This document shows positions 22,149 through 32,211 of a DNA stretch of 64,000 bases, in pieces. Below the pieces are notes generated by a model. That model was not told the DNA's origin, ran no database searches, and saw only the letters and a list, made by a program, of their open reading frames with translations. The translations under genes and the position numbers were made by a program. Position 1 is the stretch's first letter, and every line of letters begins with the position of its first letter. The stretch is from Candidatus Cloacimonadales bacterium (GTDB taxonomy: Bacteria; Cloacimonadota; Cloacimonadia; Cloacimonadales; JAFGVF01): NCBI GenBank assembly GCA_963663475.2, contig CAXXJV010000001.1, positions 2,784,001 to 2,848,000 of the forward strand, in the 5' to 3' direction.

Positions 22149-24149
22149 CTAAGGTTGTTGGTATATTAGTTGATTATCTCTGTATTCAGGTAAATCTAAA
22201 TACCAGTCTGGATAGGATTGTCCTGAGGATTCAGCCCAAGCTTGGAACTTATGGTAAGCATGGTTTATCTTTTTAGTTTCATAAGGATAATCCCAGCTTT
22301 CAGCAATGTTAAGAGCCCATGGGTGATTATTTACAGTTTTATAGAATCTGTTTTGATTAATGTTAGAGTTATCATCGTTAAGTCCGAAAAGAGTTAAATC
22401 AGCTAGATTACTTGGCGGATAATCGGAAAGGTGAACTTCATGTTCTCTGACTCTATCAACGAAGATAAAGGGGTTAAAAGGAATAGACCATTGCCAGTTA
22501 TCGGTATCTTGCGGACTAGTAAAAATGATATTCAGGGCAACTTTAACAGGTTGAATGTAGTTTGTGCCTGCTTGTGTATTTATGAAGTCATCATTATTTT
22601 GGGCAATAAAGTCATTAGTATTATTGATAAATCTGATAACAGCTCTTTGTCCATCTTCTAAGACTGGGTTAAAGCTAGCATGGGAAATCACATTAGAATA
22701 TGATAAAGAATCTGTTCCATCAATAATAATATAATCTTGGATCAGAGTAGAGTTAAATGGAAATTCAACTGCAAAACCATTTTGTTTTCTAGCTCCCACA
22801 GCTCTTAGTTCAAATTCAGTAATGAGGTTGGTAACCTGACCTTGAACATTTTTATGGAAAAACATATTGTAATCAATTACCATATCGTTAAAGTCATAAT
22901 CACCTTTCTGAGGCCATAAATCTTCAAAGACTAAAGTAGAATTAGAATAGTTATTAGTATGAAAAGCCTTGTTAGGGTCACTTGGGAAGTCGTCAAAGAT
23001 ATCTGATATTCCATCACCATCTTCATCATCAGGAGTATCAATTGGTTGAACATCGTCAATATCTATAGATTCAATAGGATTAGCGGTTGCATAGAATACA
23101 GCATCGTTATAATCATCATCTCCTATATTAAAGACTAAGTCCTCAAAAGCAAACAAGAGTTTTTGGTATTCATTATCATAAACTAAGATACTTTGCTGAT
23201 TATTATCTGGGTTAAGATTTGTATTAGAGAACCAAGAGTTAGTAACTAGATGAGCTCCACCACTGTACCAACCGTTATCCATCAAGACCCAGCCAATGAT
23301 TGTACCTGGTTGGAAGATACCTAAAGAAATCTTATCTCCAGGAACCAAGCCTCCACCAGAATTTACCATTGAAACATTTGGGAAAATAATCTTAACAAGA
23401 TCAATATCATCTCTACTTTGAGGAGGATTGCCTGCTTGATAGGTATAATAACCCAAAGAGTTCAAATGTCCTGCTCCTTCGTGCACAAAAGTAACCCAGA
23501 CTTCAGCGGCTTCATCAATGACAAGAACATTAAGCTGGTTACCATCAGCAAGATAAGTAGGGTGATATTGAGGGACAGGTCTGCTTTCAGGTAGAGTAGC
23601 ATCTACTTTAGTTAAAAAGGCTGCAGGAATATCATCTCTTTCCATATTAAGAGGAACACCTACTGCATTATATTCGCTTAAATATTCTAAATCTGTTTTT
23701 GGAGGACTAAGGGGTTTTTTATCATTTCTACCCTTATCATTTAGACCAGTTCCAAACTGATAACTTACACTATTATTAGTAATGGGTAATTCTAAAGAAG
23801 ACATATAGCCCATTACATAGATACTTGTTAGGTATGTTGGTAAGGTAGATTTAAAGCTTGCCCTACCTGCTTCATTTGTTGAAGCAGCTTCTAGAAGTTT
23901 TCCACCTAGACTTGGATCTTTATCATAAATTTTAAATGGTATATTAGCAACGCCTTGACCTTGACCATTAAAGACTTGGAGATCAATATTGACTAATTCT
24001 GTAGTAGAATAATTAAAGTCTTCTTGAATTTGTAAGTCTTCGAAGTCAATTTGGCTTGTGTTTGTATCATTAGAATCATCATTACTACAAGCAAAGCTTA
24101 TTAATAAAAGAGCTACTAGAATCAAAGAAGTGAGCATTTTATTTTTCAT
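22149..24149 (-). CDS. LruC-domain lipoprotein (paralog 1)
   Basis: Start moved to MKNKM (GGGGAAG RBS). Lipobox LISFAC; TFVHEGAG, FEDLWPQKGDYDFND, EVHL.DYPP and W.YP.E motifs. Confidence 0.85.
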   Translation of the reverse strand: MKNKMLTSLILVALLLISFACSNDDSNDTNTSQIDFEDLQIQEDFNYSTTELVNIDLQVFNGQGQGVANIPFKIYDKDPSLGGKLLEAASTNEAGRASFKSTLPTYLTSIYVMGYMSSLELPITNNSVSYQFGTGLNDKGRNDKKPLSPPKTDLEYLSEYNAVGVPLNMERDDIPAAFLTKVDATLPESRPVPQYHPTYLADGNQLNVLVIDEAAEVWVTFVHEGAGHLNSLGYYTYQAGNPPQSRDDIDLVKIIFPNVSMVNSGGGLVPGDKISLGIFQPGTIIGWVLMDNGWYSGGAHLVTNSWFSNTNLNPDNNQQSILVYDNEYQKLLFAFEDLVFNIGDDDYNDAVFYATANPIESIDIDDVQPIDTPDDEDGDGISDIFDDFPSDPNKAFHTNNYSNSTLVFEDLWPQKGDYDFNDMVIDYNMFFHKNVQGQVTNLITEFELRAVGARKQNGFAVEFPFNSTLIQDYIIIDGTDSLSYSNVISHASFNPVLEDGQRAVIRFINNTNDFIAQNNDDFINTQAGTNYIQPVKVALNIIFTSPQDTDNWQWSIPFNPFIFVDRVREHEVHLSDYPPSNLADLTLFGLNDDNSNINQNRFYKTVNNHPWALNIAESWDYPYETKKINHAYHKFQAWAESSGQSYPDWYLDLPEYRDNQLIYQQP

Positions 24150-24243
24150 ACATTCTTCCCCTATGTGCATTATTTGAGAAAATCTAATTATTTTTTGCAT
24201 TATTACAAATATTTTTTAATTAAAAATAAAATAATATAAAAAT

Positions 24244-24266
24244 AGGGGAACCATAATAGTTCCCCT
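24244..24266 (-). terminator. Terminator-like hairpin between the two LruC genes
   Basis: AGGGGAAC..GTTCCCCT followed by ATTTTT on the minus strand. Confidence 0.6.
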
Positions 24267-24281
24267 GTCATCTTATCAATT

Positions 24282-26285
24282 TTATTCTTGTTCGTAAATT
24301 CTTTCAGTATTTCTGTAACCAGGCAAGTCTTTGTACCAATCAGGATATAGTGTTCCTGAGGATTCTGCCCAATCTTTGAATAATAGGTAGGCACCAATAA
24401 CATTATTCTTTTCGTAAGGGTAATCCCAGCTTTCAGCTATGTTTAAAGCCCATGGGTGGTTTTCAACAGATTTATAGAATCTATTTTGACTAAGGACTGA
24501 AGAGTCTTCATCAGTACCAAACAAGGCTAAGTCAGCTACAGAAGTTGGAGGGTAATCAGCTAAATGAATTTCATGTTCTCTAACTCTATCAACATAGATG
24601 AAAGGATTAAAAGGTGCATTCCATTGCCAATTAGCAATTTCTTCTGGATTTGTAAGCTTAATGTCTAAGGCAAACTTAATAGTTCCTTGATAGGCATTAT
24701 TCATTTCAGTATTGATAAAGTTATCTCCCTGAGCTTGAATCAAGTCCAAAGTGTTGTCTATATATACGATAGTAGCATTTGCACCAGCTTCAAGTTCTGG
24801 AGTAAAGTTTTCATCAGACAGGTAGGTAGAGTAAGTTAGAGGGTCAGAGCCATCAATTATTGTATATGATTCAATGTTAGCAGAAGAGAATGGGAATTGG
24901 ACAGCAAAGCCATTTCTAAATCTTGCACCAACAGCTCTTAGTTCAAATTCAGTAATTACATTTTTAATCTCATTATCGGCATTCTTATGGTAGAAGATGT
25001 TATAATCAACAACCATATCATTGAAGTCATAATCTCCTTTTTGAGGCCATAAATCTTCAAAAGCTAATGTTGACATACTATAATCATTGGTTTGAAATGC
25101 TCTTTCAGGGTCTAGAGGGAAATCATCAAACATGTTTGGCACGCCATCGCTATCATCATCACTAGGAACACCAATTGGGGTAACTTCAGATGTATCAATA
25201 GAATTACTAGGTTCAGCTGAAACAAAGAAAAGGGCATCATTAAAGTCATCATCTCCATAGTTATACATTAAATCTTCAAAACCAATAACTAGTTTATCGT
25301 ATTCATCATCATAGAAGAGAACGCTTTGTTGATAGCCAGTATAGTTCAATTCTTTATCTGAGTACCATGTATTTGTAACTATATGTGGTGAGCCATTATA
25401 CCAACCGTTGGCCATTAGCACCCATGCTACAACAGTGCCAGGCTCAAATTCACCAATATATACTTTATCACCAGGGACTAATCCACCACCTGATCCAACC
25501 ATTGATACATTTGGGAATACGACTGTAATTTCATCAATATCATCAGCTGTTTGAGGAGGATTATTGGCATCGAAAGTATAAAAACCAAAGACATTTTTGT
25601 GTCCAGCACCTTCGTGAACAAAGGTAATCCAAAGATCAGCTGTTTGATTAATGATAACAGCATTGAATTGATTTGCAGGATATAAGTAATGAGGTTTATT
25701 ATCAGGCACTGATACTCTTTCTGGGAGTGCATTATTAACTTTAGATAAGAAGCCTGCTTCTACTGCTTCAAAACTCATATTAGTTGGGACACCATCTACG
25801 TTATAAGTATCTAAATATGTTAAGGTAGATTTTTCTGGACTAATAATTTCTTTGTTATCAGCTTGGGAATTGAAAGAATTAGAGCCAAACTCATAATTAG
25901 CGAATCCATCACGAATAGCTATTTCACGAGCATCCATGTAACCAACCACAAACAAGGTCTTGAGATAGGAAGGTATTACTATTTTGGAAGAAAAAACACC
26001 CTTAGAATTAGTGAGACCTGAATCTAACAATCTACCACCTTCCTGTGGGTCTTTATCGTATATTTTGAAAGGTATCTTATCAACACCATTACTATTACCA
26101 TTAGATACTTTTAATTCTACATTGACGTTATCAGTGGTTGAAAAATCAAAGTTGTCTTCAATTTGAAGATCAGAAAAGTCTGCTTCAGGAACAATATTAC
26201 TAGCACTTTTAGTTGAGTTCTCACAACCAAAAGTAACAAGCAGCAATATTATAGCGCTTATTAAAACAAAATTTTTGTATTTCAT
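24282..26285 (-). CDS. LruC-domain lipoprotein (paralog 2)
   Basis: Start moved to MKYKN (GGAG RBS). Lipobox VTFGC; colinear homology with paralog 1; TTGACA-16-TATATT promoter at 26319-26346. Confidence 0.85.
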   Translation of the reverse strand: MKYKNFVLISAIILLLVTFGCENSTKSASNIVPEADFSDLQIEDNFDFSTTDNVNVELKVSNGNSNGVDKIPFKIYDKDPQEGGRLLDSGLTNSKGVFSSKIVIPSYLKTLFVVGYMDAREIAIRDGFANYEFGSNSFNSQADNKEIISPEKSTLTYLDTYNVDGVPTNMSFEAVEAGFLSKVNNALPERVSVPDNKPHYLYPANQFNAVIINQTADLWITFVHEGAGHKNVFGFYTFDANNPPQTADDIDEITVVFPNVSMVGSGGGLVPGDKVYIGEFEPGTVVAWVLMANGWYNGSPHIVTNTWYSDKELNYTGYQQSVLFYDDEYDKLVIGFEDLMYNYGDDDFNDALFFVSAEPSNSIDTSEVTPIGVPSDDDSDGVPNMFDDFPLDPERAFQTNDYSMSTLAFEDLWPQKGDYDFNDMVVDYNIFYHKNADNEIKNVITEFELRAVGARFRNGFAVQFPFSSANIESYTIIDGSDPLTYSTYLSDENFTPELEAGANATIVYIDNTLDLIQAQGDNFINTEMNNAYQGTIKFALDIKLTNPEEIANWQWNAPFNPFIYVDRVREHEIHLADYPPTSVADLALFGTDEDSSVLSQNRFYKSVENHPWALNIAESWDYPYEKNNVIGAYLLFKDWAESSGTLYPDWYKDLPGYRNTERIYEQE

Positions 26286-26481
26286 ATCTCTCTCCATCCT
26301 TAGTTTTAATCTGTACACAATATAACGCTATTGTTTATTTTGTCAAATAGTATTTTTATTATGAAAACATCTTCAGCTTTTTGGGACAAGTTTTACTTGT
26401 TATTACTTGATTAAGAGTATGATATTTTTTTGGCACTTTGCAGATTTAACTTTTAAAATATAGTCCTAGAGAAGACCTATT

Positions 26482-26860
26482 AATTTCCTTTCAATCAGTA
26501 ATTGCTTGGGTGGGCTTAATTCACTCACCTTCGCAATTCTTTTTTTTCACTTTCCATTTTATTCTTAATTTTTTCGTTCTTGTCAAGCAAGAAACTATTT
26601 CATCAATATTATTTTCTGAGTAACAGACTTGTTCTGTCCAGCAGATATTTTATAAAAATAGACACCACTTGCTACTTGCTGTTCATTGCTGTCTCTTCCT
26701 TGCCAAAGAACTTTATGCACACCTTGAGACAAATTATCTTGTAATAGTTTTTTTACCAGCTGTCCTTTCAAGTTATAGATATTTACTGAAACTTGACCCT
26801 GAACTGGATTATTAAATTCTATAGTTGTTTCTGGATTGAAGGGGTTGGGGTAATTGGTAG
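26482..26860 (-). repeat. Duplicated module (CTD coding region plus 3'UTR), copy 1
   Basis: Near-identical to 29026-29396, including the noncoding AGTAATTGCTTGGGTGGGCTTA. Confidence 0.9.
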
Positions 26861-28991
26861 CTGTAAAATTATTTAAAGCAATTTCGTTATCATGAGAACC
26901 AGTATAACCTTGATATTCATAACATCCCATATCTACTCTATCACCAAATACTCTGGGATTTCCCCATAAATCCAAGTCATTCACTTCATACCAGTCAGGC
27001 ATAAAGTTAAAATCTGCAGTACCAGCATCAATCGCTGGCGAGTAGCCACTCACTTCTTCACCTGATAGCTGATAATAAGAATTTATTGCAGGGTCTCCTC
27101 CTACAAAAAGAGGATCAGTGTCATAGAGATTGTTTTCTCCTAAGTTAAATAGTCCACTGCTAGTTGGAGAAAAAAGGTTTCCCAAGTTATTACTAAATAA
27201 GCAATTATCAATATCAATTGCAACTGGTCCATAATGAAAAGCAGAATTCTGTGAATTGTTAAATAAAATTGAATTATAAACTTTGATTGATTCACTTGCT
27301 ATAAAAACTGTTGTATAATCCATGCCACCAGTATTATTTGAGAAAGTGCAATTATTAACTAAAATTCTATTGCCAGCTGTATAAAAGTTCCTAGAGTTAT
27401 TTCCATCACTATTGTTTGCAATTAAGCAATTATCAATAACTATATTAAGAGAATCGTATAGTGTTAGAAATCTAAAATTAGCACCACCATAACTCTGAAC
27501 AGAACTATGATTATTAATAAATTGGCTATTTTTTACAACTAACAGATTTTTAGCATATACTTGAAATATTCCAACAGTACCAACATCACTATTATGAGTA
27601 TTGGTATTATCCTTTATGATTACATTATCTAAAGTAACATCAATACCTTGGACATATCCAACAGCTTCATAGAGGTCAGAAACACAATTTTGGATTAATA
27701 CATTTTTCATTCTAACAGATGAATAGGCAACACTTCCCAAAAGTAGAGGGCATTCTCGAATATCGTTGTTTAGACAATTATCAATTATAATATTTTCCAA
27801 ATTAAGATTCATAACTGCTGAAGACCTAAGAACACACCCTGTTCTGTTTGGTAATGATATGTTCTTAATCGTAATATTCTCCCCAGTCAATGATGCATTG
27901 ATAACCCCAGTAAAGGGAACAACTTTAATATTCTCGCCATCAATAATAGTCTCTTCAGCTGATACTCCTTGCAAAGTAGTATTACTCTTCACCGTAATTG
28001 GCAGATCTTCATAACCATTAGCACAATTACTATAATAGCCAACAGGAAGATGGACTGTCCTTTGATTATTTGGATTACTCTTGATTATCTGGAATGCTCT
28101 ATAAGTAGAGCGTAAAGCTTGTTCAGGAGTTAAGCCGTTATTATTATCATTACCCTCCATTGACACATATAAATCAGCATCTACTTGCTCATGAATTCCT
28201 TCTTCAATATCAAAAACATAATAGGGGTTATAACCAATATCTAAGTAGCCACCATTTGGATCCCAATAACTGGCATAATAAAAATCATTTTCACTAACAG
28301 TAAATTTCTTTAAATATACATCGCAGTTGCCGCCATTATGATTGTACCAATGGATATCACTTCCTAAGCTGGCATAATTATCATAGATAGAAGACCTGTT
28401 TTCTTGATCGAAAATAATACTCGGTTGCTCATCATAAGAGCTGGCTACTTGTAAGCCTCCACCTGAATCGTATCCTAAATTATTTCGGATAATAGCCCCA
28501 CTAAGATGTAAGCCAACGTTAGGGAAGATTATCACTCCCCCACCTCTATCTGCAGAGTTATACTTGATAATTGAATTAACCAAATTCATATTACCTACAA
28601 ACACATTAACTCCTCCTCCAACAGAATAACCACTTCCTTGCCAGCCTGTTCCTCCAGTTATAGTAAAACCTCTCACTAAGAAATTTGTATTATTACCATT
28701 ACAGACAATTACACTATTTTGATTAAGAGAACCGTTGATAGTTGTTATGGAAATATAAGTAGTATCATTAGTTGTTGCTTCCAGGGAAATTAGACTAAGA
28801 TTATTGGTATTACTTAAATCTATGTTTTCAAAATAAGTACCTGGATATACTAAGACTGTATCACCTGCTTCAGCACTATTAACTGCTGTTTGTATCTCTG
28901 TATAAGGTTTTGTTCCATCTAAAGAGACTTCCAAAAGAGCATGCAGGCTAAAGGAAATCAGCATTAATATGGGTATGAGTATTTTGTGCAT
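26595..28991 (-). CDS. Secreted beta-helix (pectin-lyase-like) protein with FlgD-Ig/T9SS-type CTD
   Basis: Signal peptide, GGG repeats, YVS.EG.D.N.G, SPAIDAG...DL.GNPR..DMGCYE, and an NYPNPFNP...ASGVYFY C-terminus. Confidence 0.8.
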   Translation of the reverse strand: MHKILIPILMLISFSLHALLEVSLDGTKPYTEIQTAVNSAEAGDTVLVYPGTYFENIDLSNTNNLSLISLEATTNDTTYISITTINGSLNQNSVIVCNGNNTNFLVRGFTITGGTGWQGSGYSVGGGVNVFVGNMNLVNSIIKYNSADRGGGVIIFPNVGLHLSGAIIRNNLGYDSGGGLQVASSYDEQPSIIFDQENRSSIYDNYASLGSDIHWYNHNGGNCDVYLKKFTVSENDFYYASYWDPNGGYLDIGYNPYYVFDIEEGIHEQVDADLYVSMEGNDNNNGLTPEQALRSTYRAFQIIKSNPNNQRTVHLPVGYYSNCANGYEDLPITVKSNTTLQGVSAEETIIDGENIKVVPFTGVINASLTGENITIKNISLPNRTGCVLRSSAVMNLNLENIIIDNCLNNDIRECPLLLGSVAYSSVRMKNVLIQNCVSDLYEAVGYVQGIDVTLDNVIIKDNTNTHNSDVGTVGIFQVYAKNLLVVKNSQFINNHSSVQSYGGANFRFLTLYDSLNIVIDNCLIANNSDGNNSRNFYTAGNRILVNNCTFSNNTGGMDYTTVFIASESIKVYNSILFNNSQNSAFHYGPVAIDIDNCLFSNNLGNLFSPTSSGLFNLGENNLYDTDPLFVGGDPAINSYYQLSGEEVSGYSPAIDAGTADFNFMPDWYEVNDLDLWGNPRVFGDRVDMGCYEYQGYTGSHDNEIALNNFTATNYPNPFNPETTIEFNNPVQGQVSVNIYNLKGQLVKKLLQDNLSQGVHKVLWQGRDSNEQQVASGVYFYKISAGQNKSVTQKIILMK

Positions 28992-29025
28992 TGATCTGTC
29001 CTTTGTGTTGAATTTATTATATAAA

Positions 29026-29396
29026 AATTTCCTTACAATTAGTAATTGCTTGGGTGGGCTTATTTTCCCACCTTCACAACTCTATTTTTCACTTTTCATT
29101 TTTATCTTTTTGCTCATGCAAAGCAAGTAATTACTTCATTAAGATTATCTTATGAGTAACAGACTTCTTCTGTCCAGCAGATATTTTATAAAAATAGACA
29201 CCACTTGCCACTTGCTGTTCATTGCTGTCTCTTCCTTGCCAAACAACTTTATGTACACCTTGGTTTAAGTTATCTTGTAATAAATTCTTAACAAGCTGTC
29301 CTTTTAAGTTATAGATATTTACAGAGACTTGCCCCTGAACCGGATTATTAAATTCTATAGTTGTTTCTGGGTTGAAGGGGTTGGGGTAATTAGTAG
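29026..29396 (-). repeat. Duplicated module (CTD coding region plus 3'UTR), copy 2
   Basis: Near-identical to 26482-26860. Confidence 0.9.
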
Positions 29397-31851
29397 TAAC
29401 TATCTGATTTGTTTCGATGATAGAACTATCATCTTTGGTTAATGATACATGATAGTAGTCCCTTCTATCTTTAATAATATTATCAGTATAATCCCACACC
29501 TGTAATTTACTATTGAACTCTGCTAGATGCTTAACTTTTATTGATGATTTAGCACCTGTAAAAATTTCTATGGATATCTCGCTATCATCAGGAACACCTT
29601 CCATAAAAGCTTTTACCATTACAGTAGTTTCACCCTGAGTCTTCGCTCCTCCAATACATTCTTCATCGGCATAAAGAGCAAGCTCTTCTATGTTAGAATT
29701 TTCTTGGATATCAATGAAGAAAGGAGTATAATCACTTTTCTCTTCAAAAATTACATAGGTTGCATCTTGGTATTTGAAGGAATTTGGATTGCTATAGGCA
29801 GGATATGTCCAATTAAAGGCAGTAGGAGGAATTGCATTGCTGCGATATTTAATCTCAACAAAATCACCAATTTCAAGATTGGTATTACCAGTAGATGTTT
29901 TTCCAGTCCATCGAGTTCCATTCCAATATAATGCCCAATCTTTATGTTTAATCATCTGCAAACATCCTAAAATTTCATTGAAAGCAACTAAAGCATCTGA
30001 AGTAAAAGGGACTTGATATCCTAACCAAATTCCATTCGAAGTCATTGGAAGGGGTATATCAACATCAGCATCCTGCATTAATCCTCCAAACCAGTGTCCT
30101 ATATCATTCTGAGTTCTTATCTTATATCCAATATATGGCTCTACTAATTTTTCAGGGTCGTCACCGTCAAGCCAGTAAAAGAAGTGAGGGAAATATTCAT
30201 TAAACTCATTCCAATCTAGATAGTCAACTCTTATACCGTTATATGTCTGATCATTAAAGTCTTTAAACATTACAATCATATTATTGTTAGGAAGTGTCTG
30301 AGTTATACCACCATAGTCAATAGTAGTCTCATTATCAGGGTCTAAGGCTGGGAAGCCTGTCCAGTTTTTGGTTGTAGTTCCACCATCAAAATGATGGTAT
30401 TGTTTTCTATCTTGTTCAAAGGGAATAGCTCCAATATCTATAGTGTCATCTTTATAAGTGAGTAATTTCATGTCAAAGCCAGTTTCAGAATCATCATCAT
30501 ATTTTGAAGAATAACCATTTCCTATAGCTGGATTAGGCCAAACCAGTGAAAAGTCTAATTCATCAGTGTTTTCGAAAATTGGTTCTCCTGTTATATTCAA
30601 ATCATAATTATAAGTATTACTGCAATTATTGAACATATTACTAACTAGATTATTTTGACTAACAAAATTTATTGGTAAGAATTCATAATTAGAAAATATA
30701 TTATTATGTATTTGTAGATTACTTGCTATTGTTAGGAGTTGATGACTATTACCTTGAGTATTAACCTCATTCAGAAAATTATTGTTGCTTATAGTATCTT
30801 GAGAAACAAATGTATTTAAAAAGAAAGAGAATCTGCTATCTTCAAAGGTTTCAATTACATTATTTATAAATTTTGACTTTACTCCATAATTTGCTGATGG
30901 ATAATCTATAGCGAACCTAAAACCATTGAAGATATTACCTGCAAATAATGATACAAATCTTGGTAAAGATAAAATTTCAAAACCACCCTTTCGAGATAAG
31001 TTATCAGTGCAGATTATTCCATTTCCAAAATCACAATTTGAGAATAAAAATGTTGGTAAAGTTGGATCACAGTAACGTAATTCACTATAGTTATTTTTCC
31101 AAAATATGTTCCTAGTCCCTGTAGAAGCTACAGCTGGTCCAGTATTAATAAATCGATTATTGTTCCCATGAAAAGTATATGTAGTTATATAAGTTTTATC
31201 ACCAATAAGACTACAAGAAATTCTATAACACTCTATCTGAGGAACATCTATATAACTGTCCAAACTAGTATCAAATAGACAGTTATTTACAAATAGCTCT
31301 TTCTCGTAAGATTCATTTTGGTTGTCATGTACTAATTTTATATCATTAGTAAATGGGCTTCGATATCGACCTGTAATGAAACGACAGTTTTCAATAACAG
31401 TCTTCGGAGATTTGATATTAATCCCTATATTGTATTCATAAAAATATTGACTATCGTTATGAAAAGTTATATTAGTAATTTTCATAGTCTTAAACCCTCC
31501 CCCTAACAAGGATATAACTGGATTGTAGGGTAACAATGGATATATAATTACTTGATTTTGCGCTCTTGAATAAAACTCATAACAACACAAACCTGATGTA
31601 ACCACATTCTCTCGATAAGCACCATCTTCATATACAGGATTATTTATCATTTCAGGATTTTCAAATATTTCAATTTTTATTGTATAAAGTGTATCATTGT
31701 AATTTTCTGAAGCATATTCTACTGCATCACTAATAGTCCTAAAGTTACTATCATTGTATTGCATTATTGGATTGTTTACATTTAAAAATATATCTACTGA
31801 GTAAAGATAATTAAATGCCATTAACAATATCATTACTAAAATCTTCTTCAT
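29131..31851 (-). CDS. Secreted protein (beta-helix-like) with FlgD-Ig/T9SS-type CTD
   Basis: Signal peptide, Asn-rich repeats, IDIGA, and an NYPNPFNP CTD. Confidence 0.78.
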   Translation of the reverse strand: MKKILVMILLMAFNYLYSVDIFLNVNNPIMQYNDSNFRTISDAVEYASENYNDTLYTIKIEIFENPEMINNPVYEDGAYRENVVTSGLCCYEFYSRAQNQVIIYPLLPYNPVISLLGGGFKTMKITNITFHNDSQYFYEYNIGINIKSPKTVIENCRFITGRYRSPFTNDIKLVHDNQNESYEKELFVNNCLFDTSLDSYIDVPQIECYRISCSLIGDKTYITTYTFHGNNNRFINTGPAVASTGTRNIFWKNNYSELRYCDPTLPTFLFSNCDFGNGIICTDNLSRKGGFEILSLPRFVSLFAGNIFNGFRFAIDYPSANYGVKSKFINNVIETFEDSRFSFFLNTFVSQDTISNNNFLNEVNTQGNSHQLLTIASNLQIHNNIFSNYEFLPINFVSQNNLVSNMFNNCSNTYNYDLNITGEPIFENTDELDFSLVWPNPAIGNGYSSKYDDDSETGFDMKLLTYKDDTIDIGAIPFEQDRKQYHHFDGGTTTKNWTGFPALDPDNETTIDYGGITQTLPNNNMIVMFKDFNDQTYNGIRVDYLDWNEFNEYFPHFFYWLDGDDPEKLVEPYIGYKIRTQNDIGHWFGGLMQDADVDIPLPMTSNGIWLGYQVPFTSDALVAFNEILGCLQMIKHKDWALYWNGTRWTGKTSTGNTNLEIGDFVEIKYRSNAIPPTAFNWTYPAYSNPNSFKYQDATYVIFEEKSDYTPFFIDIQENSNIEELALYADEECIGGAKTQGETTVMVKAFMEGVPDDSEISIEIFTGAKSSIKVKHLAEFNSKLQVWDYTDNIIKDRRDYYHVSLTKDDSSIIETNQIVTTNYPNPFNPETTIEFNNPVQGQVSVNIYNLKGQLVKNLLQDNLNQGVHKVVWQGRDSNEQQVASGVYFYKISAGQKKSVTHKIILMK

Positions 31852-32049
31852 TATTTTTTCCTTTTTTTTTAAAATGTTAGTAAATTAAATATGGATCTCT
31901 TTTAAGTAGAGTGGGTACTACTATAATACAAAAAAAATACTAAAATAGGTTTAGAGAAATAATGCATAAAATTACTTAATTGATGGTTAATAGTATTGTG
32001 ACCTAATCCATTTTCATATTGTAAGTTTATCATTTTTCTACTCCTTAAA

Positions 32050-32211
32050 CCGAATGGTGCAGTAGAACTTTGATGAAGAGTGCTAGATTCTTTTAGCAAA
32101 AGTAAGTTACAGAATTTGAAGGCATATAATATATATATTCCTGAAAATTATGTAGCTTACTTTTGCAAAAGAAGATAGTGCTATTCGCAAAGGTCTACTG
32201 CTTTATATGGG
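32050..32211 (+). mobile_element. MITE family A copy 3 (162 bp)
   Basis: Full-length match to the other copies; TTAAA duplicated at 32045-32049 and 32212-32216. Confidence 0.85.

Noticed and set aside
26595-29396. DGR template/variable repeat pair
   Set aside because: Both copies are coding, the differences are mostly synonymous and not adenine-specific, and no reverse transcriptase is present.
31902-32099. 65-aa ORF from the ORF track
   Set aside because: It starts inside MITE copy 3, has no RBS and no recognisable features.
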